Assembly: GCA_031316235.1 (NCBI GenBank)
Contig: JALDRA010000001.1
Span: forward strand, 3,030,001-3,062,000
Source of the DNA: Candidatus Scalindua sp.
GTDB taxonomy: Bacteria; Planctomycetota; Brocadiia; Brocadiales; Scalinduaceae
Direction of reading: 5' to 3'
Length of the DNA: 32,000 bases
A program made the translations under genes and the position numbers. Under the pieces are notes generated by a model that saw nothing but the letters and a program-made list of their open reading frames with translations, did no database searches and was not told the origin of the DNA. Positions 19,347-28,781 of the stretch are shown piece by piece; position 1 is the stretch's first letter; every line of letters starts with the position of its first letter.

Positions 19347-19877
19347 GGTTCTGAAATCTCTTGTCATTACAACTATCATGGGTGGTAGAGTGAACAACAG
19401 TAAAAGTAAAACTGTCTGAAGAGTCTATACAATGGCACCGTAACGGATTCAGATACTCTTGAAGACAGTGCACCATTAAACATTACTCTCCAGATGCCTC
19501 TTCCTTTTCTTCTTTTAGGTGCGTCCGGCGTTTATGGGACACAAGCACAAAGGTACGTTGCATAAAGCCACAGTTCTTTTCGGTAAAGAAAATTGAGAGG
19601 TAACGAGGAGATTGAGTTCCAGATTCCGATTAGTGAATATATAAGATGAACAGCCTGGGATAACTGAAGTGATAGTGAATTATGCACGGGGTGTCGGGGC
19701 CGTAGATAAAGTTAAGAGTACTCCGGCATGACCTCTGTTTGTAAAATATGAAAGCAAGGCGAGAAAGAGTGGCTGTTCTGCCAGTAAAAAAATCTGCCTG
19801 ACAAGATGTTGAAACGGTTGAGCGTTAAAAAAATCATGAAATTGTATTCATTAAAGTCAGAGGAGTTGTAACCAATT

Positions 19878-20867
19878 ATGCAAGCACAAGATATTCAGGA
19901 CATAACACGAATTAAGGAAAAAAGCCATATTCTTAATGAATTGATTGATGAGGTCGGTAAGGTAATTGTTGGGCAGAGGTATTTAATCGAGAGATTGGTA
20001 ATCGGTATTTTGGCAAATGGTCACATCTTACTGGAAGGAGTGCCGGGTCTGGCGAAGACCCTCACGGTGATGACACTTGCAAAAGCTATCAAGGCCAAGT
20101 ATCAGAGGATACAGTTTACTCCAGACCTCTTACCTGCAGATCTTATCGGTACCCTGATTTATAATCCACGTGACGGTGAATTCTCCACTAAAAAAGGACC
20201 TATTTTTTCAAACATCATCCTTGCTGATGAAATTAACAGGGCTCCTGCTAAGGTGCAGAGTGCACTTTTAGAAGCCATGCAGGAGAAACAGGTGACAATA
20301 GGGGAAAATACCTTTAAACTTGAAGAGCCGTTTCTGGTTCTCGCGACACAAAACCCTATAGAGCAGGAAGGGACATACCCTTTGCCGGAAGCCCAGGTTG
20401 ATCGTTTTATGTTAAAGGTGATTGTTGGTTATCCGACAAAGCTGGAGGAGAGGGAAATCCTGGAAAAGAAGGCATTAACTGATTCGAGTGTCAATATTAA
20501 GCCCATAATTTCGGCTGATGACATACAGCTCTTACGTTCAGTGGTTGATCAGATCTACATTGACGACAAGATAAAGGATTACATTGTAGACCTGGTGTTC
20601 GCTTCACGAGAACCAAAAAAGTATAACCTCGAAATTGATCAATTTATCGAGTTTGGAGCATCTCCCAGGGCAACCATTTATCTTGCGGTTGCTTCAAAGG
20701 CGTATGCGTTTCTCAGGGGAAGGGGATATGTTACTCCACAAGACGTTAAAACGATTGGGATGGATGTGTTAAGGCATCGAATCATTGTTACGTATGAAGC
20801 GGAAGCAGAAGAATTGACATCGGAAAAGATCATTCAGATAATATTTGACAACGTGGAAGTTCCTTGA
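19878..20867 (+). CDS. MoxR family AAA+ ATPase
   Basis: 329 aa. Walker A GVPGLAKT, Walker B ILADEINRA, ATQNPIEQEGTYPLPEAQVDRF, and SPRA sensor region. GAGGAG SD upstream. Confidence 0.93.
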   Translation: MQAQDIQDITRIKEKSHILNELIDEVGKVIVGQRYLIERLVIGILANGHILLEGVPGLAKTLTVMTLAKAIKAKYQRIQFTPDLLPADLIGTLIYNPRDGEFSTKKGPIFSNIILADEINRAPAKVQSALLEAMQEKQVTIGENTFKLEEPFLVLATQNPIEQEGTYPLPEAQVDRFMLKVIVGYPTKLEEREILEKKALTDSSVNIKPIISADDIQLLRSVVDQIYIDDKIKDYIVDLVFASREPKKYNLEIDQFIEFGASPRATIYLAVASKAYAFLRGRGYVTPQDVKTIGMDVLRHRIIVTYEAEAEELTSEKIIQIIFDNVEVP

Positions 20868-21540
20868 TGGGGGAATAAGCTTGAATGGCTTCTGCCTGCT
20901 CTCATGTTTGATTGTCTCTGTAGGGGTATTCCAGGGCTGTACAACATTGAACAAGACCGTGTACGAGCGCTCCGAAAACAAGAAAGAGACTGTGGCAGAA
21001 GAGGACATGTTGAAAGAACTTGATGGGTTGAAGGGACTACTGGGTGACAGAGTCCCAAGCGAAGGGGCTGTTGAGTTTGGGATGAGTTTGGAGAAAGTAC
21101 AGGACATTTTTCCAGCTCCTGATAAGTTTGAATATAAGCCTTTCGTAAATGGCAAAGTAACCATGCTGTCAAGAGATGCATCAGGTGGCCGGTTTAACTT
21201 TTTTTTTTACGAGGATAAAGCTTACAAAGTCGTCTTTATAAAGAGATGGGGCAGTTTTGCTTTAAGGTTTGCAAAGGATGACATAAACGAGTTTGTAAAC
21301 GTCTTTTTAGAGAATTATGGTAGGCCTGACGAGAGAAAAAGTGATAATGTGCATCAAAAGATAGCCTGGTTATTAAAGGACTCAGAAGTGATAATTGAGG
21401 TCTTTAATTTAATGTCTCATTCTGGTCTGGAAAGAGTGCTTACACTCGTTTACGCAGACAGGAGCAAAGCTGCTTTAGCGAAGGGCGGCGAAAGTTTCGA
21501 AATTTACCGAACAAAACATGAAGGTATACTGGATCAATAA
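20845..21540 (+). CDS. Hypothetical lipoprotein
   Basis: Lipobox VFQG|C after a hydrophobic stretch. TTG 20845 overlaps moxR by 23 nt. An alternative TTG at 20881 has a GGGGGA SD 7 nt upstream. I recognise no family motif. Confidence 0.55.
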   Translation: MTTWKFLDGGISLNGFCLLSCLIVSVGVFQGCTTLNKTVYERSENKKETVAEEDMLKELDGLKGLLGDRVPSEGAVEFGMSLEKVQDIFPAPDKFEYKPFVNGKVTMLSRDASGGRFNFFFYEDKAYKVVFIKRWGSFALRFAKDDINEFVNVFLENYGRPDERKSDNVHQKIAWLLKDSEVIIEVFNLMSHSGLERVLTLVYADRSKAALAKGGESFEIYRTKHEGILDQ

Positions 21541-21788
21541 CTCCAGGTATAAATTTTCGTAAAGTAGAGATCAGAAAAAAATATACAGTGGACTCTGTAT
21601 TCTGAGGAGTGTATAAATAAATATTTTCCAGGCAACTGCTACAGGAACACCGTCAGGGAGAACTTCGTTATTGTGCCGTTATTTCCAGGTTTGATACACT
21701 TCGGCTCCACTCAGTCTGAATTTATTCTAAGCGAAACCGAAGTATATACCTTATCCACGATACAAATGGGGTAAATAGCGCCCCTGTC

Positions 21789-22283
21789 TTACCACCTTGA
21801 TTTGTTATCATACCATTCCGACCAAGCATCCCACTCTACATATTTGCCGCCGTCAGATAGCCAGTATTGTTGACCTTCTCTCCAGCGCATTTTGGTGATG
21901 TAATCGGTGCTCTTTGTCTGCGTCTGCTTGACCTTTGCATAAAAATAGCAATCTACCTGATGGAAGTTTATCTTTCCTTTTTCTTTCACTTCATTGAGTT
22001 CAAGGTCATCCATAGTCAATGTGTTGGTCTGCAGCTTTTTTTCGTCAACAACTATTTCGTAAGTTGTTTTTTCTTCAACTCTTATAGTTACACCTTTTGG
22101 CTTGGGACTTGGAATGTGAATAGGGTTCTCATACGGTGCAAATGACTGGTGGTAACTATCCTGAGGCTTTCTGATAAAGTCTTCGGACTCTGCCTCCACA
22201 TGTACTGGAAATGCAAGATAAAAAAGACAAAAAACGAAACAAACTCCCGCTGAAACAATATATTTACTAAGGTTCATATCCAT
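21789..22283 (-). CDS. Hypothetical secreted protein, Trp-rich C-terminus
   Basis: 164 aa. Signal peptide (...FYLAFPVHVEA|ES). AAAGGGATGG-type SD upstream. I see no recognisable domain. Confidence 0.55.
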   Translation of the reverse strand: MDMNLSKYIVSAGVCFVFCLFYLAFPVHVEAESEDFIRKPQDSYHQSFAPYENPIHIPSPKPKGVTIRVEEKTTYEIVVDEKKLQTNTLTMDDLELNEVKEKGKINFHQVDCYFYAKVKQTQTKSTDYITKMRWREGQQYWLSDGGKYVEWDAWSEWYDNKSRW

Positions 22284-22605
22284 CCCTTTACCTTTCTCTA
22301 TATAAGAAAAAACTTAATCACTTTATTAATAAATTCTACAGAAAAAATATTGTTTGTCAATATTTGATTACTGCAGTCTCACTTATGATTTATAAGATGA
22401 TCCTTGATCAGTTGCTTGATTAGTAATTCTCCGGTTTAAGAAAAACGGAACAGATACAGTGAGTGCGATAAATTCCGTAGCCAAGAGATAGTGATGTAAT
22501 TGAAGATTACACAATTATGATAGAAGCGCAGCAGGTGGATAGTTTTCCTACAACTGATAGTTATTCTTCAATAAACAGATCTTCTTAAAGGATGGTATAT
22601 CTTGC

Positions 22606-22634
22606 TTGACAAATATTATAGGCTTTTGTATAGT
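22606..22634 (+). promoter_or_regulatory. Near-consensus sigma70-type promoter for rpmH
   Basis: TTGACA (22606-22611), a 17-nt spacer, then TATAGT (22629-22634). It lies about 45 nt upstream of the rpmH ATG. Confidence 0.7.
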
Positions 22635-22678
22635 ACCCGTTTATCAAGTTTTGTGCTAAAGTTAGGGGGTGAGGATCT

Positions 22679-22810
22679 ATGAAAACGAAAATCAGAAAGA
22701 GTTCAATTAAGCGGATCAAGATGTGTGGTTTCCGTAAGAGAATGAGTACTAAGGGCGGAAGGGCTATTATTAATAGAAGGAGAGCCAAGGGCCAAAAATT
22801 CAATACGTAG
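22679..22810 (+). CDS. rpmH: 50S ribosomal protein L34 (absent from the supplied ORF track because it is under 60 aa)
   Basis: Hand translation: [43 protein letters not shown]. This matches the L34 pattern (M-K-R-T-x-Q-P-S...HGFR.RM.T..GR.vl..RR.KGR..L). GGGGGTGAGGA SD upstream. Confidence 0.9.
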   Translation: MKTKIRKSSIKRIKMCGFRKRMSTKGGRAIINRRRAKGQKFNT

Positions 22811-22813
22811 GAA

Positions 22814-23002
22814 GTGTGCTCATTGATGGTGAGGCACTTTTGCATCTCGGTGCTGTTTATGTGTCTGCGGTTATCGGTATCGGCATGCAATCGTTACTGC
22901 AAAGGTGCAAAAAGATATCGTATGATGAGTTCCATCGCTGCTCTAATAAGGTTGTTAATCGGTAATGAGAGGGCCCGTTTTTTCTTTTTCATGCTCTATT
23001 GA
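22814..23002 (+). CDS. Doubtful Cys-rich 62-aa ORF in the position normally held by rnpA
   Basis: GTG start 4 nt after the rpmH stop codon. It shows only faint resemblance to RnpA (LRLSVS...GAKRYR versus R-h-G-h-S-V-S-K-K...RNR-x-KR). It has no SD, unusual composition and a poly-Phe tail. Confidence 0.2.
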   Translation: MCSLMVRHFCISVLFMCLRLSVSACNRYCKGAKRYRMMSSIAALIRLLIGNERARFFFFMLY

Positions 23003-23170
23003 TTTGATATAACTGCCAGGTAGTTCGTGATTGGTTCTGTGCAATCTTACCAACTATCTTACAGATTCCTTCGGTATCAGGTCCGACTCATTCTATTCGG
23101 ATAGCCCTTTATTTTCTCCGCCTCTTCTTTTGTTATAAACCTTCCAGCTCTCTCTGTGTCGTACCTACAG

Positions 23171-23419
23171 TCAATAATACCCATACACTTTCCAAGGGGG
23201 ACAGGTATCGATGTCCGGCAGTTCATGACCCGGAGAACAGGTATTTCTGAAAAGCATTTGGCTGACCATCTCTACTTCTTCCTTAAGTAAATTCTCTTCT
23301 GGTAACCGTTTTGTCATCGGTGCCGAACTAGCGGAAATAATCTGCTGAATAAGAGGCAGAATAACTATCAAGATTGTGTAAACAATACAACAAATCTTCA
23401 ACGTTAACTCACCTTTCAA
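23171..23419 (-). CDS. Hypothetical small membrane-anchored or secreted protein
   Basis: 82 aa with an N-terminal hydrophobic helix (ICCIVYTILIVILPLI). No homolog recognised. Weak SD. Confidence 0.3.
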   Translation of the reverse strand: MKGELTLKICCIVYTILIVILPLIQQIISASSAPMTKRLPEENLLKEEVEMVSQMLFRNTCSPGHELPDIDTCPPWKVYGYY

Positions 23420-23810
23420 TAAGCGACAAATTCATTGAAAACAAAAAATATCACAAAATTTATTGTATCCGGACTTATGCCATTTTCTGTCAATGATTTT
23501 GACTATTGTTTTCCAGCGATGAAAAATTAAAACGCTTTTTATTCAATCCTCTCATTGATGAAGCTTGACATCTAACAGTCTACGATTTGGAGACTTGATT
23601 TTTTGCGATCGAAACCGGGGTATCACTGATTTGGCAGCCTGCCTGGTCCAGAACGAAAAAAACAGAAAAGATTTCTGACATGTCCTGACGAGTCCGGGTT
23701 GGGATGATTGATGCTGTAATACAAGTAGTATACGGTGATTGATTGTATCTATTACGTGGTTTTCAAAAACAAGCTTGATTATTTTAGTGATATATAGTAA
23801 AGGTAAGCAT

Positions 23811-25361
23811 ATGCAGAATGAAACACACGAAAACATACTAGTAATTGATTTTGGTTCACAATATTCTCATCTCATTGCAAGGAGGATAAGGGAGCACAAC
23901 ATATATAGCAAGATAGTATCATATAAGACTAGTCCCGAGGAGATTAAACAACTCAATCCTAAAGGCATAATCCTTAGTGGAGGACCAGCGAGTGTCTCAA
24001 TAGCTGATGCACCTCGCTGTGACGAAAAAATTCTTTTCATGGATATTCCAATCCTCGGAATATGTTACGGATTGCAATTGGGCAGCCAGATTTTGGGCGC
24101 GAGCGTAAAACCATCAAAAAACAGGGAATACGGAAGAAGTGTGTGTAAAATCAGAAACCACTCCCTTCTGCTTAGCGAATTAGATAACACAATAAGTGTC
24201 TGGATGAGCCATGGTGATCAGGTAGAGAAACTTCCGGATGATTTTGAATCGCTTGCCTATACTGAAAATTGCCCGTTTGCGGCTGTAAGACACAAGAAAA
24301 GAGATTTCTACGGAGTTCAATTTCATCCAGAGGTAACACATACTCCGTCTGGCAAACAGATACTTCATAATTTTCTCTTTAAGATTTGTCATTGCGCCGG
24401 AGACTGGAAGATGAGCTCATATATTGATAGTAAGGTGAAGGAGATCAGAGATCAAGTTAAAGATGAAAGGGTCATATGTGGCTTGTCGGGTGGTGTCGAT
24501 TCAGCTGTTGCGGCTGCCCTTATCTACAAGGCAATAGGGCGGAATCTCTCTTGCGTACTGGTTGATAATGGATTATTGAGATCAAACGAATCTGATGATG
24601 TGATCAATGCCTTTAAGGACAACTTCGAAGCGGACCTGCACCTTGTCAATGCCGGTGACAGATTTTTGAGCCGATTGTCTGGTGTTGTTGATCCTGAACA
24701 AAAGCGGAAAATTATTGGTCATGAGTTCATAGATGTTTTCAAGGATGAGTCCAGAAAACTGGCTGATATTAAATTCCTGGCACAGGGGACCCTTTATCCT
24801 GATATTATTGAAAGTGTCGCTGTGCATGGAGGACCCGCTGCCACCATCAAAAGCCATCATAATGTTGGTGCTTTGCCTGCAGAATTAGGATTTGAATTAG
24901 TCGAACCCCTTAAAGAACTCTTTAAGGATGAGGTAAGGCGTATTGGTATAGAACTGGGATTGCCTGAGGAGATCATATGGAGACATCCTTTTCCAGGTCC
25001 GGGTCTTGCCATCAGGATAATAGGTGAAATCACGGAAGAGCGAATATCAATTCTCAGGAATGCAGACGACATTATGGTAAATGAAATAAAAAGCGAGGGT
25101 CTTTATCGAGAGATTGCACAAGCATTTGCAGTGTTGTTACCCGTGAGCAGCGTCGGCGTTATGGGAGATGAGAGGACCTATGAAAATGTTATTGCGTTGA
25201 GGGCTGTAGACACCCACGATTATATGACAGCAGACTGGACAAGACTGCCCCAGGAATTACTGGCCAGGATCTCAAACCGCATCATCAACGAAGTGAGAGG
25301 TATTAACCGGGTTGTTTATGACATTAGCTCAAAACCACCAAGTACGATTGAATGGGAATGA
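23811..25361 (+). CDS. guaA: GMP synthase (glutamine-hydrolysing)
   Basis: GATase domain ([25 protein letters not shown] Cys nucleophile, FHPE). ATP-PPase SGGVDS motif. C-terminal dimerisation domain ending [11 protein letters not shown] 23811 gives the canonical N-terminus, so the track start at 23739 is an upstream extension. Confidence 0.95.
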   Translation: MQNETHENILVIDFGSQYSHLIARRIREHNIYSKIVSYKTSPEEIKQLNPKGIILSGGPASVSIADAPRCDEKILFMDIPILGICYGLQLGSQILGASVKPSKNREYGRSVCKIRNHSLLLSELDNTISVWMSHGDQVEKLPDDFESLAYTENCPFAAVRHKKRDFYGVQFHPEVTHTPSGKQILHNFLFKICHCAGDWKMSSYIDSKVKEIRDQVKDERVICGLSGGVDSAVAAALIYKAIGRNLSCVLVDNGLLRSNESDDVINAFKDNFEADLHLVNAGDRFLSRLSGVVDPEQKRKIIGHEFIDVFKDESRKLADIKFLAQGTLYPDIIESVAVHGGPAATIKSHHNVGALPAELGFELVEPLKELFKDEVRRIGIELGLPEEIIWRHPFPGPGLAIRIIGEITEERISILRNADDIMVNEIKSEGLYREIAQAFAVLLPVSSVGVMGDERTYENVIALRAVDTHDYMTADWTRLPQELLARISNRIINEVRGINRVVYDISSKPPSTIEWE

Positions 25362-25501
25362 ACCTGTCTGCAGTAAGGGCCACTTTTCTTCTCCTCTTTA
25401 CTATTTCGCAAGCAGAATTCCGAATTTCCAGAGCGAGCCCAGGACTTTAGAACCATGAACGGGCGAATGGTTGCTTTGAGTGCTTCTCTTACATTTCCAG
25501 A

Positions 25502-26377
25502 TTATTTGTTGAAATGTGAGAAATCTCTTTTTGTCAGGTCTTTGTAGGCATTCATAAGAACAGTCGTCATTTCACCCGGTATACCATTTCCTATCTCATT
25601 CTCTTCAATCCTGGATATCGGCATGATTTCCATCAGAGAGTTTGTTATAAACACCTCATCTGCACGCAGTAACGTTTCTACCCTGAAGCGTTCTTCTTTT
25701 ACTAGGAGATTCATATTTTTACAGATTTTGAGTACCGTTTTTCTCGTGATTCCAGGTAAAATATTTGTGTCAAGGGGAGGTGTGATAACACCCTTGTCTT
25801 TAACCATAAAGATGTTGCTTACCGTACATTCCATGACATCTCTGTCGGTATTGAGCAAAAGGGCATCATCTGCAGACCGGTTTTCTACCTCTTCTTTTAT
25901 CAGTATGGTTGTGAGGAGATTAGTGGTCTTGTGGCATGATATGGGACATGAGGTACTTCTTTTTGACTTTGATACAATTATGGACATCCCTTTTTCGTAC
26001 AATTCCTTCGGGTAGGGAGTAAGGGCTTTCACTACAATCAAAAGTGTTGGTTCCGGATTGTCGGTCATTACCAGCCCTCGACTGCCAGACCCCCTGGATA
26101 ATGTAATTCTAATATAAGCATCGGTAAGATTGTTTTTCTTAATTAATGTGTGAACAGCATTACGACAATATTGATCGGTAAAAACAAAAGGGATTCTGAG
26201 TTTTCGAGCTGAGGAACGGAGGCGGTTCAGGTGCTCGGTTAATTTGAAAGGATCTCCATTGTATGATCGGAGTGTTTCAAAGAGACTGTCACCATAAAGA
26301 AAACCTCTATCTTGAGCGGTTATATACCCCTCTTTTTCTGATAAGATAGAACCGTTTAAGAAAATATAGTCTTTCAT
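25502..26377 (-). CDS. Class IV (fold type IV) PLP aminotransferase: branched-chain aminotransferase, D-amino-acid aminotransferase or ADC lyase family
   Basis: 291 aa. N-terminal DRGFLYGDSLFETLR. HLNRL motif. Candidate catalytic Lys in CHKTTNLL. GITR and EVFITNS motifs. The start is 7 nt after the qNOR stop codon, with a GGAGGG SD inside the qNOR 3' end. Confidence 0.85.
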   Translation of the reverse strand: MKDYIFLNGSILSEKEGYITAQDRGFLYGDSLFETLRSYNGDPFKLTEHLNRLRSSARKLRIPFVFTDQYCRNAVHTLIKKNNLTDAYIRITLSRGSGSRGLVMTDNPEPTLLIVVKALTPYPKELYEKGMSIIVSKSKRSTSCPISCHKTTNLLTTILIKEEVENRSADDALLLNTDRDVMECTVSNIFMVKDKGVITPPLDTNILPGITRKTVLKICKNMNLLVKEERFRVETLLRADEVFITNSLMEIMPISRIEENEIGNGIPGEMTTVLMNAYKDLTKRDFSHFNK

Positions 26378-26384
26378 TCCGTAC

Positions 26385-28781
26385 TCAACCCTCCAACATT
26401 GTAAGTACAGATCCTTGTGTGACTAGCTGCTCTTCTTTGGTCTCTGCAAGTCTGAGGTTGATCCAGCGGCTTACCATAAACCAGACAAGGGGGAAAACTC
26501 CGCCGACAACAAAGACCAATACCCCGAGACCCCGTAACCAGGTAAACATTTGAAACGTTGAGGTCTCAAGAAAGGCCTGTGAACGGGCATAAGCATATCC
26601 ATGGGTCATGGCCACCACCAATTGATGGACTCCAACGGGAAACAGATCCATGACAACCATGAGCAAAAGACCCACGTTCATCGACCAGAATGAAGTGTGA
26701 AGGAGCTTCGTATTCCATCGATCTGGCCCGATATTCCAGCGACCGCAGAACAGCATGGCAGCAATTGCCAAGTTCCCGTACACACCGAACAGCGCAGCGT
26801 GTGCGTGATTCACGGTTAGGTACGTTCCATGTTGGTAGTAGTTCACGATTGGCAGGTTAATTGCCAACCCAAAGACGCCCGCACCAAAGAAATTCCAGAA
26901 GTTGACCCCGATCAGAAACAGAAAGGGGGTTGAAAGACCAAACGTTGCCTGGGGACCCTCAAGTTCCTGTAACTGGTGAAAGGTACTTTCAGGTATATTT
27001 CGGAAACGCCAGGCGGAAACCGTCAATAGGATGAGCGGTGCAACCTGAAGGCTCGAAAGTACGCCTCCCAGGGCAATTGTCTCGATCGATTTGGCGTTCC
27101 AGTAAAAATTGTGGGCGATACCGATCAAACCTGAACCCAAAAAGAGGATGGCTGCCAGGTAGACCGTTTTTGCTGCCATCCGGTGTGTAACAAATCCCAT
27201 AAGATACATGAAGTAGGCAATGATAATCGTGGTGAGAACTTCGAAAAACGCTTCAACCCACATGTGAATTGTACACCATCTCCAAAAGTCAGCGATAACA
27301 AAGTTCGTATCCGGACGTGCTACGAACGATGCCGTAAACATAAAGATGATGCCCGCGATGGAATAGACTAACCAGTTCGGGAGAGACCACGTCTGCTTTA
27401 GCCGTAAGACAGGCCAAAGACCACGCATGATGATAATCAGCCACACGACAAACGAGACGAAAAGGATGATGTGATAGAGTCTGCCGATGGTAAGGTATTC
27501 CCAACCTTGCAGACCGAACCATCGCCATCCTGCACCCTCGCCGAGTATTCCCTTGATTCCCAGCGGGATTCCCAGTATTCCCCCTGCCGCCACAAAAATC
27601 AGCATCCAGAAAAACGTGTTTACAGAGGTCAGTTGTCCCGGCGGTTCGGGTCGACTGATCGATGGTAATACCCAGATTGTTGCCGCAAACCAACAGACGG
27701 CAATCCAGAGGACAGACATCTGTGAATGCCAGGCCCGTGTTATCGTTACCGGCAGCAGATGGTTAATCTCGATTCCCATATTGGCAAAGATGCCCATAAA
27801 ATCAATGATAGTTAACAGGCCTGCAAGTACCTGTATCATGAACAGGATGGCAGCTACGGCAAAAAACTTGTATGTTGCAAGCTGTGTTCGGGTTGGTCGG
27901 TACTTATTGACTATGGCAGTTGTTGCAAGTGGCGGTTGTTTTCCCCTTTGCTTTTTTAACTCAGCATTCTGGTCATCCTTGCCGTAAAAGTAAAACATGA
28001 TTCCAACTGAAAGCACTACAGCCAGGACACCTATAACGCTCCAGAGCACCAATCCGCCGTGTGGTAAGTTGCCCGCCAGAGGGTCGTATGGCCAGTTGTG
28101 AGTATAACTGTATTGGTAACCGGGTCTCTGCGCACCACAAATCCAACCACCCCAGAAGAAAAATGCGGTCAGCTGCCGAATCTTTTCGTTGTCGGTAATG
28201 TAATTTGCCGGCTTGAACTGTTCAACTCCGACTAATTCTCCTCCCTCTTTAAACTTCTGGCTGTTATATTCGTTGAATAGATGAAAGGCATGCACTTGTG
28301 CGTCCGTAAGTGTGACAACTCCGGCGCTGTATTTACTCTCTTTTGTATCACCTCTCCTCATGTAATAGTCTGGATCGTATCGGTTATTTTTGAGCTCTTT
28401 CTGGACAAGTGCCTGTACGACGGTTTTTCTCATTTCATAATCGGGGACTCTCTCCTTCCATTTCTTATCATGAAATTCATTCATCCACTGTGCGGTCAGG
28501 TTAAGAGCCTCACCCGTGAAATCGGGACCTCGCATACCTCCATCACCCAAGAAACTGCCGTAATCCATCAGTCCGTAACGCAAAAAAACATTCTGACCTC
28601 CGATTATATCTTCTGCCGAGAAAACAAGATAGTTTTCCTCATCGACAAAATCACACATCGGCGGTGCGTATTTGTAGGTCTTGTATCCAATGTATCCCAC
28701 TATGCTTACACTGATGGCGGAGATGATTACAAAGATCTTCCACCACTGTTTCCGTTGATCGATCAATCTCGATACACTCAT
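26385..28781 (-). CDS. norZ: Quinol-dependent nitric oxide reductase (qNOR, NorZ-type heme-copper oxidase)
   Basis: About 798 aa. One N-terminal TM helix plus a periplasmic domain, then YSYTHNWPYDPLAGN and a 12-TM NorB core with His ligands (HNFYWN, VNHAHAALFGVYG, HIILF). ATG 28781 is preceded by AAGGAGG (reverse complement of 28793-28799). The track extension to 28913 is unlikely. Confidence 0.9.
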   Translation of the reverse strand: MSVSRLIDQRKQWWKIFVIISAISVSIVGYIGYKTYKYAPPMCDFVDEENYLVFSAEDIIGGQNVFLRYGLMDYGSFLGDGGMRGPDFTGEALNLTAQWMNEFHDKKWKERVPDYEMRKTVVQALVQKELKNNRYDPDYYMRRGDTKESKYSAGVVTLTDAQVHAFHLFNEYNSQKFKEGGELVGVEQFKPANYITDNEKIRQLTAFFFWGGWICGAQRPGYQYSYTHNWPYDPLAGNLPHGGLVLWSVIGVLAVVLSVGIMFYFYGKDDQNAELKKQRGKQPPLATTAIVNKYRPTRTQLATYKFFAVAAILFMIQVLAGLLTIIDFMGIFANMGIEINHLLPVTITRAWHSQMSVLWIAVCWFAATIWVLPSISRPEPPGQLTSVNTFFWMLIFVAAGGILGIPLGIKGILGEGAGWRWFGLQGWEYLTIGRLYHIILFVSFVVWLIIIMRGLWPVLRLKQTWSLPNWLVYSIAGIIFMFTASFVARPDTNFVIADFWRWCTIHMWVEAFFEVLTTIIIAYFMYLMGFVTHRMAAKTVYLAAILFLGSGLIGIAHNFYWNAKSIETIALGGVLSSLQVAPLILLTVSAWRFRNIPESTFHQLQELEGPQATFGLSTPFLFLIGVNFWNFFGAGVFGLAINLPIVNYYQHGTYLTVNHAHAALFGVYGNLAIAAMLFCGRWNIGPDRWNTKLLHTSFWSMNVGLLLMVVMDLFPVGVHQLVVAMTHGYAYARSQAFLETSTFQMFTWLRGLGVLVFVVGGVFPLVWFMVSRWINLRLAETKEEQLVTQGSVLTMLEG

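Noticed and set aside
21745-22560. Possible oriC near rpmH (DnaA-box-like TTATCCACG near 21751-21759 and CTATCCACC on the - strand near 22537).
   Set aside because: There are only two imperfect boxes about 800 bp apart. There is no box cluster, no dnaA gene and no clear AT-rich unwinding element.
22585-22890. 101-aa - strand ORF in the ORF track.
   Set aside because: It overlaps, on the opposite strand, a clear rpmH (L34) gene that has its own consensus promoter and SD. The translation is hydrophobic nonsense.
23615-23660. ZTP (pfl)-riboswitch-like GCCTGCCTGGTCC segment upstream of the purine gene guaA.
   Set aside because: The invariant CCGCCTGGGCA and UGACUGGCG elements are both broken at several conserved positions. 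No terminator or sequestering helix follows.
23611-23700. Hammerhead-ribozyme-like core motifs (CGAAAC at 23610-23615 and CTGACGAG at 23685-23692) upstream of guaA.
   Set aside because: The flanking sequences cannot form the required stem II or stem III pairings in any of the three circular permutations. This is a chance occurrence of short motifs.
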